Source: Marsupella aquatica (Eukaryota > Plantae > Marchantiophyta). Taken from it: 64,000 nt of DNA. The stretch covers positions 19,913,292 to 19,977,291 of the forward strand of contig OZ316898.1 in the NCBI GenBank assembly GCA_973895155.1, in the 5' to 3' direction. The position numbers and the translations under genes are program-made. The notes beneath the pieces are model-generated. The model saw only the letters and a list, made by a program, of their open reading frames with translations, was not told the DNA's origin and did no database searches. How positions within the stretch are numbered: position 1 is the stretch's first letter; each line of letters starts with the position of its first letter. This document shows positions 24,501-38,071 of this stretch, piece after piece.

Positions 24501-27500
24501 CACTGTTGAAATTGCCTTTGTTTATTTCTTGGTAGTGCAGTAAAATATAGTGTTATCTAAAATCAGATCTGGTCCCTTTCCTGCAGTTGATAGCACTGGA
24601 ACTTCGGTCAAAGCTGAAGAGTCGTGTACAGGAAAATGGACATGTGAAGCTTCTCGCACATCATGACCTGGCTGATTTGAGGGCAGACGAATGCAGCAGG
24701 GATAGAGTCGCCGCTGCAAGGGCCAGTCGCGATTTTGAAGAGTCTGTCTCATCAAGCGGTATGTTCATGGCTTGTCGAAATTTTGTCTTTCTAGTGATGC
24801 AAGGTCACCCTATGTTCCTGCAAAATTAGAGCACGACGCATTCTGTTCTGCCTGGCTCCAAATCCATGAAGTGCCTCCGCAGAGGGGGAATGATCGATTT
24901 CAAAATCAACGTGGCAAGACTGTCGAGCACTGATGTGATGCCTGTTGCTATCAAGGTATAATTGAGATTTCTAGACCCTTAGGTAGCAGGGGTGTTTTTT
25001 GCTTGTTAATGCAGGAACTGAAGATGAGATTGACTACGTTGGTGTGTTGAATCGAGTGCTCCCTGAGGATATTCGAGTCCTGGGTTGGTGTCCTGTGCCA
25101 CGGGACTTCAATGCAAGGTCTCGCTCCATTCCGTGGAAGGTGTTCTTTGATTACTTTTGATTTTCTGTAGGGTCTGCTCCGCTTTGGGAAAGGCAAATGA
25201 GCCATTGTCTTTCTCGCTTGGTCATTTGTATATCCAATATAGTTTGTATATTTACAAGCAATGTCTGTGGGCATAAGTGCAGGTTCAGCTGCTTGTATCG
25301 TGAGTACAAGTATTTTTTTATCAACACAAATATGGACATAGATGTAAGGCCGTTCGCTCCGACCTAGTATGCTGCTCATTAATTGTTCTGCCAGAGTTTG
25401 TTGTCCTTATACCCGGTTTCCCATTTGATTTCTTCATTAATTTTGGCATTGTTCTGTATCCAAGTTATTATTTAAAATGACCAGCTGTTCGATGAGTCGG
25501 AGATATGTTGGCAGCGTTTACTGCTGGACAATCTCGCTGGTTTTGTTCGGGAATGAAATTTTTCCTCGAAAGCTGTTTGCTCAGCTTGTCACAGCACATA
25601 CGGCGTCCCCGTCTAATGTTATAACTAGCACTACCATTCTTTCAGATTATTATCGTTTCTACTTCCCTAAAAATTCTGGATACCTAATCTAACTCAAATA
25701 TGTCTGTGCCACAGGCAATGAAAACAGCAGGTTCGAAGTTTTTGGGTGACCATGATTTCCGAAATTTCTGCAAAATGGATGCTGCCAATGTGCACAACTT
25801 CAGGCGAACTATCTCCATTTTTGAGATTCTCCCAGTGAATGAAAGGTCCTTGGCTTCACTATGCTATATGCTGTCATCTTTGAAGGAACTGGTAATCTTC
25901 AAATTTTATATGCAGCCAGTTTGCAGGATCTGCGTGTTTTAGGTGGTGAAGTCGTACACGCGTTCGTGCTCTTTTATGTGTTGAATTATAACAAGCATTT
26001 GGATGAATGGGCTTGATGTTGAGTTTCAATCCCGTAAATCATTAAAATCCTAAAGTACGACTGATCTTCAGAAGGCAAGATATGAATGATGTGTCAAACG
26101 AGTTGCTATGGATGGGAATGAATGAAGTTATTTTCGTCATTTTGATGTTCAATATCGTCACAATTCTTCACTGACTTGAGTGAAAACCTTCACAGCTGGG
26201 CCGGAAAGCAGGTCTGGGTGATGAGAATTAGGGGTACAGCATTCTTATGGCATCAAATCCGCTGCATGGCAGCCGTCCTCTTTATGGTGGGCCAAAGAGA
26301 CGAGCCACCCTCGGTACGGCTTGTTTAATTTGAGTTCAAACATGGTCAGCATAATTTGCTCCTTCAGACGTTAATAGTTCAAATGTTAAGAGGATGATGT
26401 ATGGTCTGTTTGAGACCTGTTTGGCATCAATTCTTTGTGGTGGACAGAAATACGAGCCACCCATAAAACTGATTCTCAACTTCATGATTGAGTTCAATAA
26501 TATCTAGGACAAGCATTAAAAGGACTCAAGTAGAATTTGGCAGCTACATAACTGTAATATAATGCGTGGTGTGCTTCGAGTTGCAAAATATTCTCATCAG
26601 GATTGTATGTGGACCTATCAAAGCAGCGTGGGAGTATCCTGTTTGACAAAACATTTGAGACAGATTGTGGAGGAGCTGCTCAACGTGGGAAAAGTAACAA
26701 GAAAGCCACAGTACATCATGGCCTCTGAATTACCTCTGGTTTTACATACCTGTGGGTTTCAAGGGGTCAATCTCCACTGTGCATCAAGTAAGATAACCTC
26801 TCGTACTGAATCGAAAGTATTTCGTCAGTGACTGCATGAGGTTTTTTCTTAATATATATACCAGCTAGACCCGCTTTGAAGAGGATACAGCCCTTGAGAT
26901 GCGCTTTTGTTTGTTTCGGGTCTGTGCAGAGCACTATAGACAGAAAGCATACATGTACAAAACAGACCATACTCTAGATTGAAGTGGTCTTGTACTGGTG
27001 TGAAAGGTGTAATAACTTGTATAATCTCTGTTGTACTCAGGAGCTGCCAAACACCTTCAGCTGCATCTGAACAAAATCATGGAGCAAACGTTTCTCCAAT
27101 TGGCTCTTCTTCAAGAGGCAATATCAGAGCTACCCATCTTAGGTGAGTAGGTTGTTCTTTGGGAGTTTTGGTTGTTCTGGTCGTAACTTTACAAGTTAGT
27201 TGCTTTTATGCGGCCCACCTTTAGCTGGTCGAAACAAACTGCTCTGGTTTCAGTCCCTGGTGTCAAGAAGCATATGCGTATCCGCCACCATCATGTACTG
27301 AAAGGCATCAAACTACAGTAGGTGAACTCTGATACGTGGAAAGTGAATGGAAGCACGGATATCTCGCCAACTTTTGATTTTGGCGCACTTGATTTCCTTT
27401 GCATTCTTGTGTCAGACGCGGAAGAACAGATCACAGTGAAGAAACAGCATGCTCCGTTATTGGGTCGGCTAACTGAACGTAAGATATCTGCAGTCATGAT

Positions 27501-27673
27501 TGTTGTGTCTTCAATGCTCTTTTCAAGTGGGTGATTTCAACATCTTTCCTTGGTTTCCTATGTAAAAGGTTATTTAGCATGCCTTTCTTTTCATTGTAGT
27601 TTTGCGACCTGCTAACTTTTCATTGACACCTGCAGCATCATACGACGAGCGGAGAGGGAGGAAGAGCGTTTGA
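21538..27673 (+). CDS. tRNA pseudouridine(38/39) synthase, TruA family (PUS3/DEG1-like), ~15 exons
   Basis: Exons 21538-21633, 22413-22475, 22707-23100, 23398-23464, 23616-23661, 23964-24074, 24587-24758, 25015-25117, 25283-25343, 25715-25845, 26196-26313, 26664-26787, 27041-27142, 27416-27478, 27636-27673. Motifs: [20 protein letters not shown]; catalytic [13 protein letters not shown]; [30 protein letters not shown]; [12 protein letters not shown]; [14 protein letters not shown]; [14 protein letters not shown]. The N-terminal exons are less certain. Confidence 0.92.
21773..21805 (+). repeat. (GAA)11 microsatellite in PUS intron 1
   Basis: Read directly from the sequence. Confidence 0.9.
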
Positions 27674-27884
27674 TTCATTTAAGCTTTATCAAGCTCCCTC
27701 CATCAGTGATCACTGCTTCAATCTTTACGGTCTGGTTGAATATCTTTTTGGCCAGGCTTCAACCTAGTAATGGCCAGGTACCCGCTGAAGCTGCTGCACT
27801 CTTCAGACTATTGTGATGAAGACGAGCTTTTAAAAATTAGGGGCGTGCCAAATTGGCGTATACGAAACTCGTTAGCAGCAAGCT

Positions 27885-27966
27885 AACATCACGTTTGGAA
27901 TGCTGCACTATCTGAGAGAATGTCAAACATCACGTTTGGAATGCTGCACTATCTGAGAGAATGTCA
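27885..27966. repeat. Perfect 41-bp tandem duplication between the convergent PUS and ZRSR2-like genes
   Basis: aacatcacgtttggaatgctgcactatctgagagaatgtca x2. Confidence 0.92.
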
Positions 27967-28465
27967 TTGCTTCTGGGTATGAAGGTCATATACATCCAGA
28001 TCTTTTCATGGTATAGCTCCTCATCCGTTAGGATGAGAGAGCTCCAGAACTTTTAGAGGTGCCCTGCTCTGGCCATTGAGTAGACAGATAGTAGAGATTG
28101 ATGTTAGACATGGTGGTATATTAGTTGAATCGCAAGCCCCTACTTGTTGTTAAACCGGTAAATGATGGGAGGAGACCGTTCAGTAAAAATCATCAAAGAG
28201 TTTTCCAGTGCAAAACTACTGAGTCCTCTTGGAGGCATTTTTTGATTATGAGGTGATGACTGTCTATTGCTGCTTTTAGTAAGGTGCTGTTCTGAATTTC
28301 CAGAACGTTCAGGTCAGCTGCAACTTTGCGTCAGTAGGCTAGAGATTTGGACATTGAATGACCATGTACCACTGCAGACGTTCAACTAGCAAGATGAGAC
28401 AGTCCAGTAACACAAGATGTGTTGTATTCTTGAAAAATTGGACCAAAGTTCCAGCGATGCAAGAC

Positions 28466-31400
28466 TTATGTTTCCTTAACGCCAGTCCACCTGTCGTCTA
28501 TGTTAGGGGTCTTCTCCTTTTTATCAATCTCATACTCTTGAGTCATGATCTTCCTTCTACTCCTTCCTTCACTATACCTATGATAGTGACTTCTATGCCT
28601 CTTATGACCATAATCAAGGTCACTATTGTCACTCGAATCACTGTTATCAACACTCTTCCTGCTCTTATTATTGCGTGTTCTTGTCTCCAATCCCTTCTCA
28701 TAGTATTTCTCTTTCAGCGGCACATCATTGGCCCTTGATTCAGTCTGATCCGCTGGAGTTACTACCTCCGAAGTCTTGCTTCTACCCTTGAAGCTACTTC
28801 TGAGATCCAATGATTGTCGTCTATCGGAGTCTCTGAGATCTCTTGATCGGTGCCGCTTGTACTTGCTATCGTCGTCTGCGTCTCTAAACAAACGATTGAA
28901 GGAGCGACTTCTATCTCGTGAAGTAACTCCCCCGGGTTCGTCGATAAATTCATCACTACCTTCCCCTTCGATATCATCCTCGTAAATTTTATGACGTTTT
29001 TGCTGTTGCTCCTCTCCTGTATCAGCCGTCAACTCACGATTATCCCTGGTAGGTGACTCACTCTCACGGGGACGACGACCATGGTTGAATTCCCAATCAT
29101 GTCCGCTGTCCCTCTCGACCAACTCGTTGGAGGATGAAAGTTTATGTGCATCTCGCCTTCTGTGGCTTTTGTGCCCTCTCCCTTGATCTTCAGAATCCGG
29201 ACGATAATGCTCGCTTCCATTGTCATGCCTTCTATGTTCCCTGAGCCTGGCTAAGTTTTCACGGTCATCTCGATTTGAATGGTGGTGTCTGTCTCTGCTC
29301 CTCCGTTCTGAACGTCGATACTCTCGCTGGGGGGGACTACCAGGAGACCGGTGACGTCGTCGTACATCATCATGGAATTCATGATCATGTTCTTGTTCCC
29401 GTTCATTTTCATAGCCAAAAGTCTTTGCCATTTTTGCAACCCAGGACCGAGGACGAGGGCTATCCCAATCTGCCCAGTCATATTCACCACGAGGATTGCG
29501 AAAGCAGTGAAGAAAGTTGCAAGCTGATCCATGTGAGCAGAGCTGTCACAAGAACAGAGAAAATAATCTCACTAAGCAGCTAAAAGGAAAAAAATACCAG
29601 CCAATACAGTAGAGGTATGCATATAATATGAATTCACCTTCGATACCATGTCACTTAGTCTACATGCTCATAGACACCTGCATCTCCGCATTCAATAGTC
29701 GTTTGCAAGTAGCAACTCTATTTACAAAATGCACATTCGTACATGTAGCGATAGTACAACTCTGGCAAATGTCTTACGCATCGTCATTTAGAGGTTAGTC
29801 AGATACCTTGTGACGGCTTTTCATATATTCTCCACAGAGGGCAACCCTCCATCTCGTGACACCGACAAATTCACAAGTAATCTGAGACATAAGGCCAAAG
29901 GAGCTTGAGAAAGAAGTTTAAGAGCTTCCAGCCAAAAAGTATTATTTGCAAGTGGAAGCGACCCTCAATGCATGGATGATCAAAGCTAGCTCCACCAGCT
30001 AGAATCCAATTGCTAGCCACTCAGTACAGTTAAGCGGAACCTAATCATTACGTAAGTCCATACTGATAACGTTTCAGGTATACAGACACTGAACCTGACA
30101 ATTGGCAGACATGCTTTAGATGAGATTGCTCACACAGCGGGTAGAACAAATTCTTGAAATCCTTGACAAGAAGCTCAAGAAACAAAGAAATAAGTCATAC
30201 AGGCTATGAATGAAAACACCTTTACATGACGAGCATTGAGACTGACCTGTCTTCCAGCATAGAAGCGCCCATTCAAGGCACTGTAGGCGGCCTGAGCACT
30301 AGCCTCAGCTTTGTAATGCACATAAAGATTTCCTCTTAAATGCGAGGATGCATTGTTGCAAACCTGAAACATGTCAAATTGGTCAAGTACCAGCACGACG
30401 TTTTTGAAAAATTTGATCCCACTACAATCCCTGTGGAAGAAACGTCAAGATTGTGATCATGTCATCCCGCGGGTGCTATGTTTACCTTGAAATTCACCAG
30501 TTCTCCAAATTGAAGGAACTCTGAATGAACATCCTCGTAAAACTCTTCATAATGCTGTGCCACCTCCTCATCACTATGCTGTCATTCATTCAGCAGGCAC
30601 AAACAGCATGTAATGGCCATCGTAGCCCTAAGGCAAGGAAAGCGTCCAGATTGTCCCGCCTAACAAATATAGGCCACGACCTGGACCAACAGGTCAAGGA
30701 TAGCTCAAAGGGTAGCAGGTAAAACTAATCTTATCGGTAGAAGCAACGTTACAAAACCAAGCAGAGGGCTGAACTGATTATTAATAGGACGGGTCCTTGC
30801 CTCTTTTGGTTGTTAAATCTTAAATTTCAATGGATGTAAAAATGTTCCAGATCATGAAAAGACTAACTCACAATCTCTACGGATCTATTAAAGTGCTGAA
30901 AATTATATGTTGGAAGCAAACTGGTGAGATTACAATAGCGAAGAGAAAAAAACGTCGAACGGCAAAAATCCAGTAGGGCTACTATGAATTCAAATATAGC
31001 GATCTATTCGAATGTTGGTGCTATGTGTATGCTATCAGCAGGATACACAGGTTGCTCGTTTCCCTTCATCCGGCCACCAAACGCGCTTTCCATCCATCGT
31101 CCGTCAAAGCCTTGTTCAATTGAATTCTGAACGTCTTTGTCAAAGATGAAAGACCCAAGAAAGCCGGCAGAAATTACCCTTTGCAATCTGTTGCTGAAAC
31201 TAGACGTAGCACCAAAAATCCATGTGATGAAAGGAATACGGAGGACATACAGAGAAGACCCAAGCATGAACCTGTTGCCGGTAAGAAACAGAGTAGCCGG
31301 AAAATTCTACAATCGCATTACCTAGTAGAGAATCCTGCATATATTGACGGGAGTGTCTAACATTCATGCTAGCTATCCCAAATACTACCCGGTTACAGAA

Positions 31401-34361
31401 TTCAATTGTGACATGAAAAGTAAGACCATGGAGGGAATGAAAGAGGTAAGTGGAAGACACCAGAACTAAGACACGTCAAATTCGTCGAATACTATGTTCG
31501 TTGGAGTAGTGAGTCATCACTTTGCGAGGCAGTAATCTTCTTTCTGTCGAGCATCTCAAATCGCAAATATCACCACTACCTTCATAAACAGGCAATTGAT
31601 AAAAGAGCAATACAAACCTCTAGCCCTTCGTCATTCTCCCAAGCCAAGCCAGGACCAGTGTACATATTCCTCATAAGCAGTGTAAACGACTGATCTGGAT
31701 ACACATGCACTCGACTGCACCTTACACCGAATCTGCACACTCCCGTCTTAATATGAAATGGACAGTGGGTCTTATCCTGGACACGAAACAGGTTTACAGG
31801 TAAGTAAACTGACCAGCGGCAAGGCTAGAGTCTTGTACCAAAAGCAAAGCCCATAATGTACATCCTTTCTGAAACAAGATACCCACATTGAAAGCCATGC
31901 TTAGAGTTTTTGTCGGAGCATAACAGACTACCAACTGATTGCATCTCACAAATTAATTCCACAGCTTAGACAAACACTGGTACTCCAGTCACATGACGGT
32001 CAAAACCCAGAATGAAGACCTCTATTCCCAATGCCTAATTCTTGAACCAATACCATGACATTCCTGGCTTGAAGTAAGAGACGCTGCGAGTGAGTAAATA
32101 CAAGGTCACAAACAACACAGCGAAGAGGTACTTTTCGTATCCAATGCCGACATTTTGGTAGAAAAGTTTGATTACAGACCTGTTCAGTTCCAAACGAGGG
32201 AGTCTGCTCACTAACAGATGGAGTTTGCAGGTACTTATTGTGGGACGCAAACGCCGCACTCTGGGGAGGCAATGGATTCGAAGTTGCCTGAGTAGCATCC
32301 TGTTGGCAAAGCCACCATTTACCAAAATGCAAGAATCCAACAAAAACTAATCCTATAGCAATGAAGTAAAAGGAGAGAAAAACAGAGTTCGTCTGTTAAC
32401 TTTGATTGCAAATAAGGGCAAGCAGATGATTAACTATTCAGGCGAGTTCATAAAACCAGTACTGCATCTGCAACATTGTCCCCTCAGAATTGATACCTGA
32501 AGGCCTCGTGCTGCAGGAGGATCTGGAAGCACCTTGACTCTCCTCTTCCTGACAATGATCTCATTACCCTTCCAAATAATTTCAGGAGGGCCATTATCGT
32601 CCACATATTCCAGATCTTCTTCACTATCGTCACGCTTGCTAGCTTCTTCCTGCACAAGGATGCACGTACTTTAATTCGCGGGAAAAACTGTTCTAAAAGT
32701 TACAAATTTTTCCTCGTGACCATACAAAAAAGTACTATTGTTGCTGAAGCACCAGTACATCTCACATTCCCGAGGTTTCAAAATCTCCCCGACGTTTTCA
32801 CGACGGAGAGACTCATGAAAGCTTCGATTCTGCAGCTGAACCTCTAACCACCGATAGGATGAACACAGCACAGGCTTCTACGAAACAAACATGACTGACC
32901 AATTTATTGAGCTCTTCTTGATGACGCTGAAAATCCTCCATCGCTTTCTCTTCGCGCTCAAGCCACAGTCTCTCTTGTTCGTCATGGTCAGCTTTCTCTT
33001 GGGCTAAACGTTCATCTTCGATCTGTTCTTCCAGCTGAATTCTTAGTTGTTCTGCCGGATCATCAAGTCCAGCATTCTCCTGCAACTTCTCTTCTTCAGC
33101 AACCTGCTGTCTAATCTGTTTCCTTCGCATTTTTTTCAACTGTTTCCGCTTCGCCTTTCGACTTAAATGTGCAGGTTCCAGCAAATCTACCTTTGAGGTC
33201 ATGATCTGGTCGCAGCTAGAATCCAGAATTGGGACTCCTGAAAGTTCTAAAAAACAAAAGATACAAATCAATTCCACCTCGTAGTTGAAAACTGCTCGCG
33301 ATCACCCTATCTAAGCCACAAGTTTGCTAAGTTTGAAGACTGGCAAGGCAACAAAGCACCTCCCAATTCCTCGATGGATTGCATCAGCCTGAAACTATGC
33401 TTCATCGGGGGTAATTATGTGCCTATTAAAAAAACAAAAGAACCCCCCCACACCCCCCCCGCCCCCCCCCCCCCCCCCCCAAATAAATAAATAAATTATG
33501 TGCCTCTTGGACTTAGCGCGTCTACAGCAGTCAGTCAATAGCAATATTTGGTTTGCTGCTAGCAGAGAAAACCCTCGATAACCGCTAAGTGGGTAGCCAC
33601 TGGAGGCTGATCGAAGAATTGCAGCTACAGACTAAATCATCAACGAGAAGTTCGTTTGCCTCTCCAAGTGTCAATTTACAATGAAAGAGTCTTGAACGCA
33701 ATTAGACGGTCGTTATCGAGGGGATTCGCCCACTATTGACGGAACGGCTGAGTGCATCAAGGAATGGCACAAAGCCATTTCTCAACACGTCAAGGACGCC
33801 AACTCTAGGGGTCCACCCACTACTCATACTTAGGTCTCCACCCACTACGCATATTTATACTTATTGGGATGCGCTTGGAGATGGATGGATATGATCCTCA
33901 ATTGGGGCAAGGGACAGCAAGTACACCAGGTGGTCGATATTTGTACGTAACCTTGCATATGAAAAACTCGCGGTGTGGAATTATCTCACAGTTTACTTTG
34001 GTCTACAATTAGGGCTACAAATTCTGCTTCCTCTCTTTGACATTTCCTCGGACACCAAAGAATTACTGGAATTTTAATTTCCTAACGCAAATTCAACAAT
34101 AATAGGCGAGGGAGTGCTCGACAGACACAGGTACCGTAGTCGCTAGGAGAAGCAGTAGAATCGAAAGCAAGACAGAGAAATCAGATCGCATTGTGGACGA
34201 CGGACATGAAATTTGATGGCCGAAGATTGACATTCAAGGGAAATCGAAAAGTAAACCAGGTGGGGGAAATAGGTACCCGGCTGCTTCTGCCCCACGGCAA
34301 TTCCAATATCGTCGCCGTCGCGTCCACCCACATCCTCCACATCCTCGTCCTCGCCTGTCAT
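28466..34361 (-). CDS. ZRSR2/U2AF35-related (RGH3/URP-like) CCCH-UHM-CCCH splicing factor with RS/RD-rich tail, 9 exons
   Basis: Exons 34277-34361, 32900-33237, 32497-32649, 32180-32299, 31618-31776, 30486-30578, 30247-30363, 29807-29881, 28466-29542. Motifs: acidic coiled-coil N-terminus; [29 protein letters not shown] (ZnF1); [48 protein letters not shown] (UHM); [23 protein letters not shown] (ZnF2); long R/S/D/H-rich C-terminus. An alternative start ATG lies at 33202. Confidence 0.92.
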
Positions 34362-34510
34362 CCTTCCCCACTTCTATTGCTTGCGGCTTGACTGAGACTG
34401 TTGGATGCTACCTCATCAGCCTCTTTCGATTCTCTACATACACCATTTCCATTGCTGTTATGCGCCGTCTCTGCAGTCACTCGTGACAGTGGTGGGCAAA
34501 CCTGTCGCAT
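34358..34510 (-). promoter_or_regulatory. 50-codon uORF ending in an ATGA stop/start overlap with the predicted ZRSR2-like start
   Basis: ATG CGA CAG GTT...GGG GAA GGA TGA; TGA at 34360-34358 overlaps ATG at 34361-34359. Confidence 0.4.
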
Positions 34511-35537
34511 CGGATTTATCTTGGAAGCATTTAACAAGTAAAGAAAGACTACTGGAAGGTACACTGAATGTATGAAAATTGCCCTGCCCTATGCTGCGCT
34601 GATCTGAATAAACCCAATTTTTGCTTTCCCTCTACGCGCCTAGAGTGCCTTCTCTCCTGTTGCTCGCGTTTGTACTCGAGTCATATCCCTGACATCTTGT
34701 GATTGTGAATGTAATTGGAACTCATCTACAGGAGAACCTCATCAGTACTTAAAATTCTGTTGCGGAACCTCACCAGTACTAAAAATTCTGTCACTGCAAG
34801 ACTACGATAGAGGCAGCATGCCTTGAAAAGGACCTGATAGAGTGGGGTCGGAATTGAATGGATTGCTCAAGCGTGAACAACAGAGGACGAGTTGGATCAA
34901 CATTTCAGAAACGGAGAAAAACAAAAGAAAATCTAATTAGTGTCCATGCAGGATGATCCAAACTTCGGCAGATCGAATCCATCCCCCACAACTCGAGACT
35001 CCCTTTGAACTCCTTAAACCCTAATGCACCAGGTTCCGGAGCGCTTCTGCTACAGTTTACATTAATGGTTTCACTTCATTCATACGATGCCTAAAACGAT
35101 AAAGCAACAGACTACTCAGAATTTCTCACGGAAAATTGCGTGAGGAGAATGTAATGCACACGAATCTCAAAAACAGCTTCACGAATGAGGGATTTCTAAA
35201 CAGCAGTCATCGAACGAACAGACGATGGCGTGAAATTGCGGCGAGAACACACCTTCAAGGGATGAAACATCCGCATGTGGATGATACAAAACAGGCACTG
35301 AACTCCAAGATTACATGAAGCTGCTCGACAGTCGCAGCTCATAGCCAAAGCTTCGGGAGTGGAGACTTTTGGGAGCTTGAAGAGCTCCATTAATTTAATC
35401 GAATTTGGCCCCCTCTGCTTCCCACATCGCTCAGCAGCTGCTGTCACAACAAAAATGGAAGGAGTGCCCTGTGACCCGCCATAATGCCCTGCTTACACTC
35501 TCTCACCCCGCCTATCTCCCTGCCCACAGACACTATT

Positions 35538-36663
35538 CTTTCCTATGAAGGGATTCGATAAATATGTAACTTATAAAGGGATTGGATATATATATCTATA
35601 TCTTCACAACCTAGAGTTGGGGCCTAGGCTCCTAGAGTGAAGCCTTATGAAGGGATTCGATATATATATATATAAAGTGCCAATCACAACCTCGAGTTGG
35701 GGCCTAGGCTCCTAGAGTGAAGCGTGTAGACTAGACACTAACACTATGGTTCACCATGTGGATGGGAAAACTCATGACCATGATCTATGTCAAATAATAA
35801 GCATGTATGCCATTTGTCATGATTTATATTTACATTAAAAAATGGACTTTATGGCCACAATAATATATGTGCATAGATGAAGGATGTGTATAGAAAAGAG
35901 TATGGTTTGTCATATATGATTATTAAAATGATTCTATGCATGATGGTTTTTTTTATCAATTTATTAACCTTCAAAGAATATGAATAAAGAATTTATTCCG
36001 GTGACATTTTTATTGTTCTCCTTGCTATTCAAGTTCAAAGAACGAGTAGTCAAGGCTAGTATATATAAAGTGTGAATTACAAGCTAGAGTTGTGTCCTAG
36101 TGTCGTCTAGAGTGACAGACTAGTCTTTCCTATGAAGGGATTGGATATATCTTACTATATAATCACAAACATAAGCTACTTTTAAGGGCTATGGTTTCTA
36201 GAGTGAAACCTCTAAGGATTAAATATATAATGACTCAGAATAAGACAAATGTAAAAGGTGCACGAAAACATAGGTACGCAAAGATAAGGGAAAAGAGTAT
36301 AGATTTATTTATTTTTCTGGTTGTTTTTGTTTTCAATTCTATTTACTTTCAAGGAACGGATAGTAAGGCTATTATATCTTATTTATAAAGCGCCGACTAC
36401 AAGCTAGAGTTGTGGCCTAGGTTTCTAGAGTGAAACCACTAGACCCTAACTCTATGGCTCATCATACATGATGGGAAAACTCATAACTATGATATATGTC
36501 AAATGATAATCATGCATGTTTTTTGTCATGATTTTTAATATGTGCATTAAAAAATGGGTTTTTATATCATTCAAAGAATTTGAGTAACATATATACTATT
36601 TTGGTGATATTTTTATTGTCCTCTCCTCTATTCATGTTCAAAGAAGGGTAGTCAGGGCTAGTC
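35538..36663 (+). mobile_element. Head-to-tail array of short non-autonomous Helitron-like units
   Basis: Units begin tatataaag / tcttatttataaag, followed by acaa(g/c)ct(a/c)gagttg(t/g)g(g/t)cctag. They end ttcaaagaa(c/g)g(a/g)gtagtca(a/g)ggCTAGt at 36060 and 36663. The AT-rich body gatgggaaaactcat...gtcatgattt is shared at ~35760 and ~36470. TC..CTAG|T termini are Helitron hallmarks, but no 3' hairpin is clearly seen. Confidence 0.55.
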
Positions 36664-37941
36664 TCAGTAATAAAGCTCAATGCAAAGCTCTTACCACTAA
36701 TTTCACTTCCTTCTAATAGCAGAATTTTCTTGTTAGCTGACATTCTACAATTACCCTTTCCCATGTAGATAGGAGCCTCCCTTTGCATGGGAGAGATATT
36801 TGATAGTGTGGATAGAGTCCCAAAAGCAACAGTTCACCATTCAAGCCTAAACTACCGAGGGCGTCCTGCACAAACTAGTTAGCTGCCACTCATGCCAAAA
36901 CTACTCAGGGAGTCTTTCACCACTTTCACACAACCAAAACATCTTGGTCTATAATCTATAATAATGATAATCTTGGTATACATTGGAAATGAAACTAACT
37001 AATATTTAAGAAAAGCTAAAACTTTGTCAGAGAATAGATTGGAATATCAGAGACCATGTTGGAAATTTTTTTAGCTTAAAAAGAGATCCAAAACTTGTCC
37101 AAATATATGTGTAAATCTGCCACAAGACAGATGCACAAGTCCGCCAAACACCAGCAATTTGGTTGGGGCAAACCTACTTGGAGGCTGGTCCTTCTCAAAA
37201 GTGAAGTGTCATTCCAAAAGCAGCCCATCACTTTTTCTTTCAAGTGTGAACTGGCTAATGACTTTGCACAATCCATGGAAATGAGCAGGATAAACCCCTT
37301 GGTCCACCCGGGCTTTATATTCCAATAGTTGTGGTAAATCAAAATAGGCAATAGAGAATTTAGCTTGGATCATGCTGGTTGTTGAAAATGACTTTGGGTC
37401 ACAGGAGTTACGGTAAATCTATTTTAACTCAGTAAACAGGTGAGAGCAGGGATCCGAAGCAAACAATGTTGCACCTTGTGGCCCATTATTTGAATACCTT
37501 AATATTGAAGCTTTGAGGCGTCCTATTATAGTCATTAGCTTTCAAATCATCACTCTCTAGTAGGATGCTTCTCTTCTGGATTACTCGGGATTGCATCTCA
37601 AGCACTGTGCACTAGATGTAGACTGAAACACAAGACTTCCATACTAGTTTTTATTAGGAACAATAAATTACATCGTTAAGGTCGTTAGGGTGATATTTTG
37701 TTTTTTGGGGGCTTTAGGCTGCTGTCACGTTAGCATATTTGGCATTGATTATATCTCATTAAAAATGTCCATATATTTATACGGTCTGTGATCTGACAGC
37801 TTTTTCTCCTGGGTAGATGCGTATGGGGAGTGTTTGAGACAGAAGTTCCAAATTCAAAATCCAGATAAACTAAGTCTTGCAATGAAAGATGAAAATACTC
37901 AGAGAATTTTGATATATCAGTGTTTCCTACCTTAACGAACA

Positions 37942-38071
37942 GGTAAAGACCGGGGCTAATCCCTTAATGGGATAAAAAGTCTTCTGTATATATGATCTCC
38001 CCGCATACGCAGGTAGACCATATATACGGTTGCCTTTACATCCCATTAAGGGATAGCCCTGGTCCTTAACC
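37942..38071. other. ~130-nt long foldback hairpin (candidate pre-miRNA or foldback MITE)
   Basis: Outer arms ggtaaagaccggggctaatcccttaatggga and tcccattaagggatagccctggtccttaacc pair; inner arms ctgtatatatgatctccccgc and gcaggtagaccatatatacgg pair; ~4-nt loop. Confidence 0.6.

Noticed and set aside
28466-34361. U12-type introns in or near the minor-spliceosome factor gene
   Set aside because: None of the predicted donors matches RTATCCTT.
37076-37351. Faint Ulp1-like protease resemblance on the minus strand
   Set aside because: The catalytic H/D/C motifs cannot be identified convincingly; left as unclassified intergenic or TE-like DNA.
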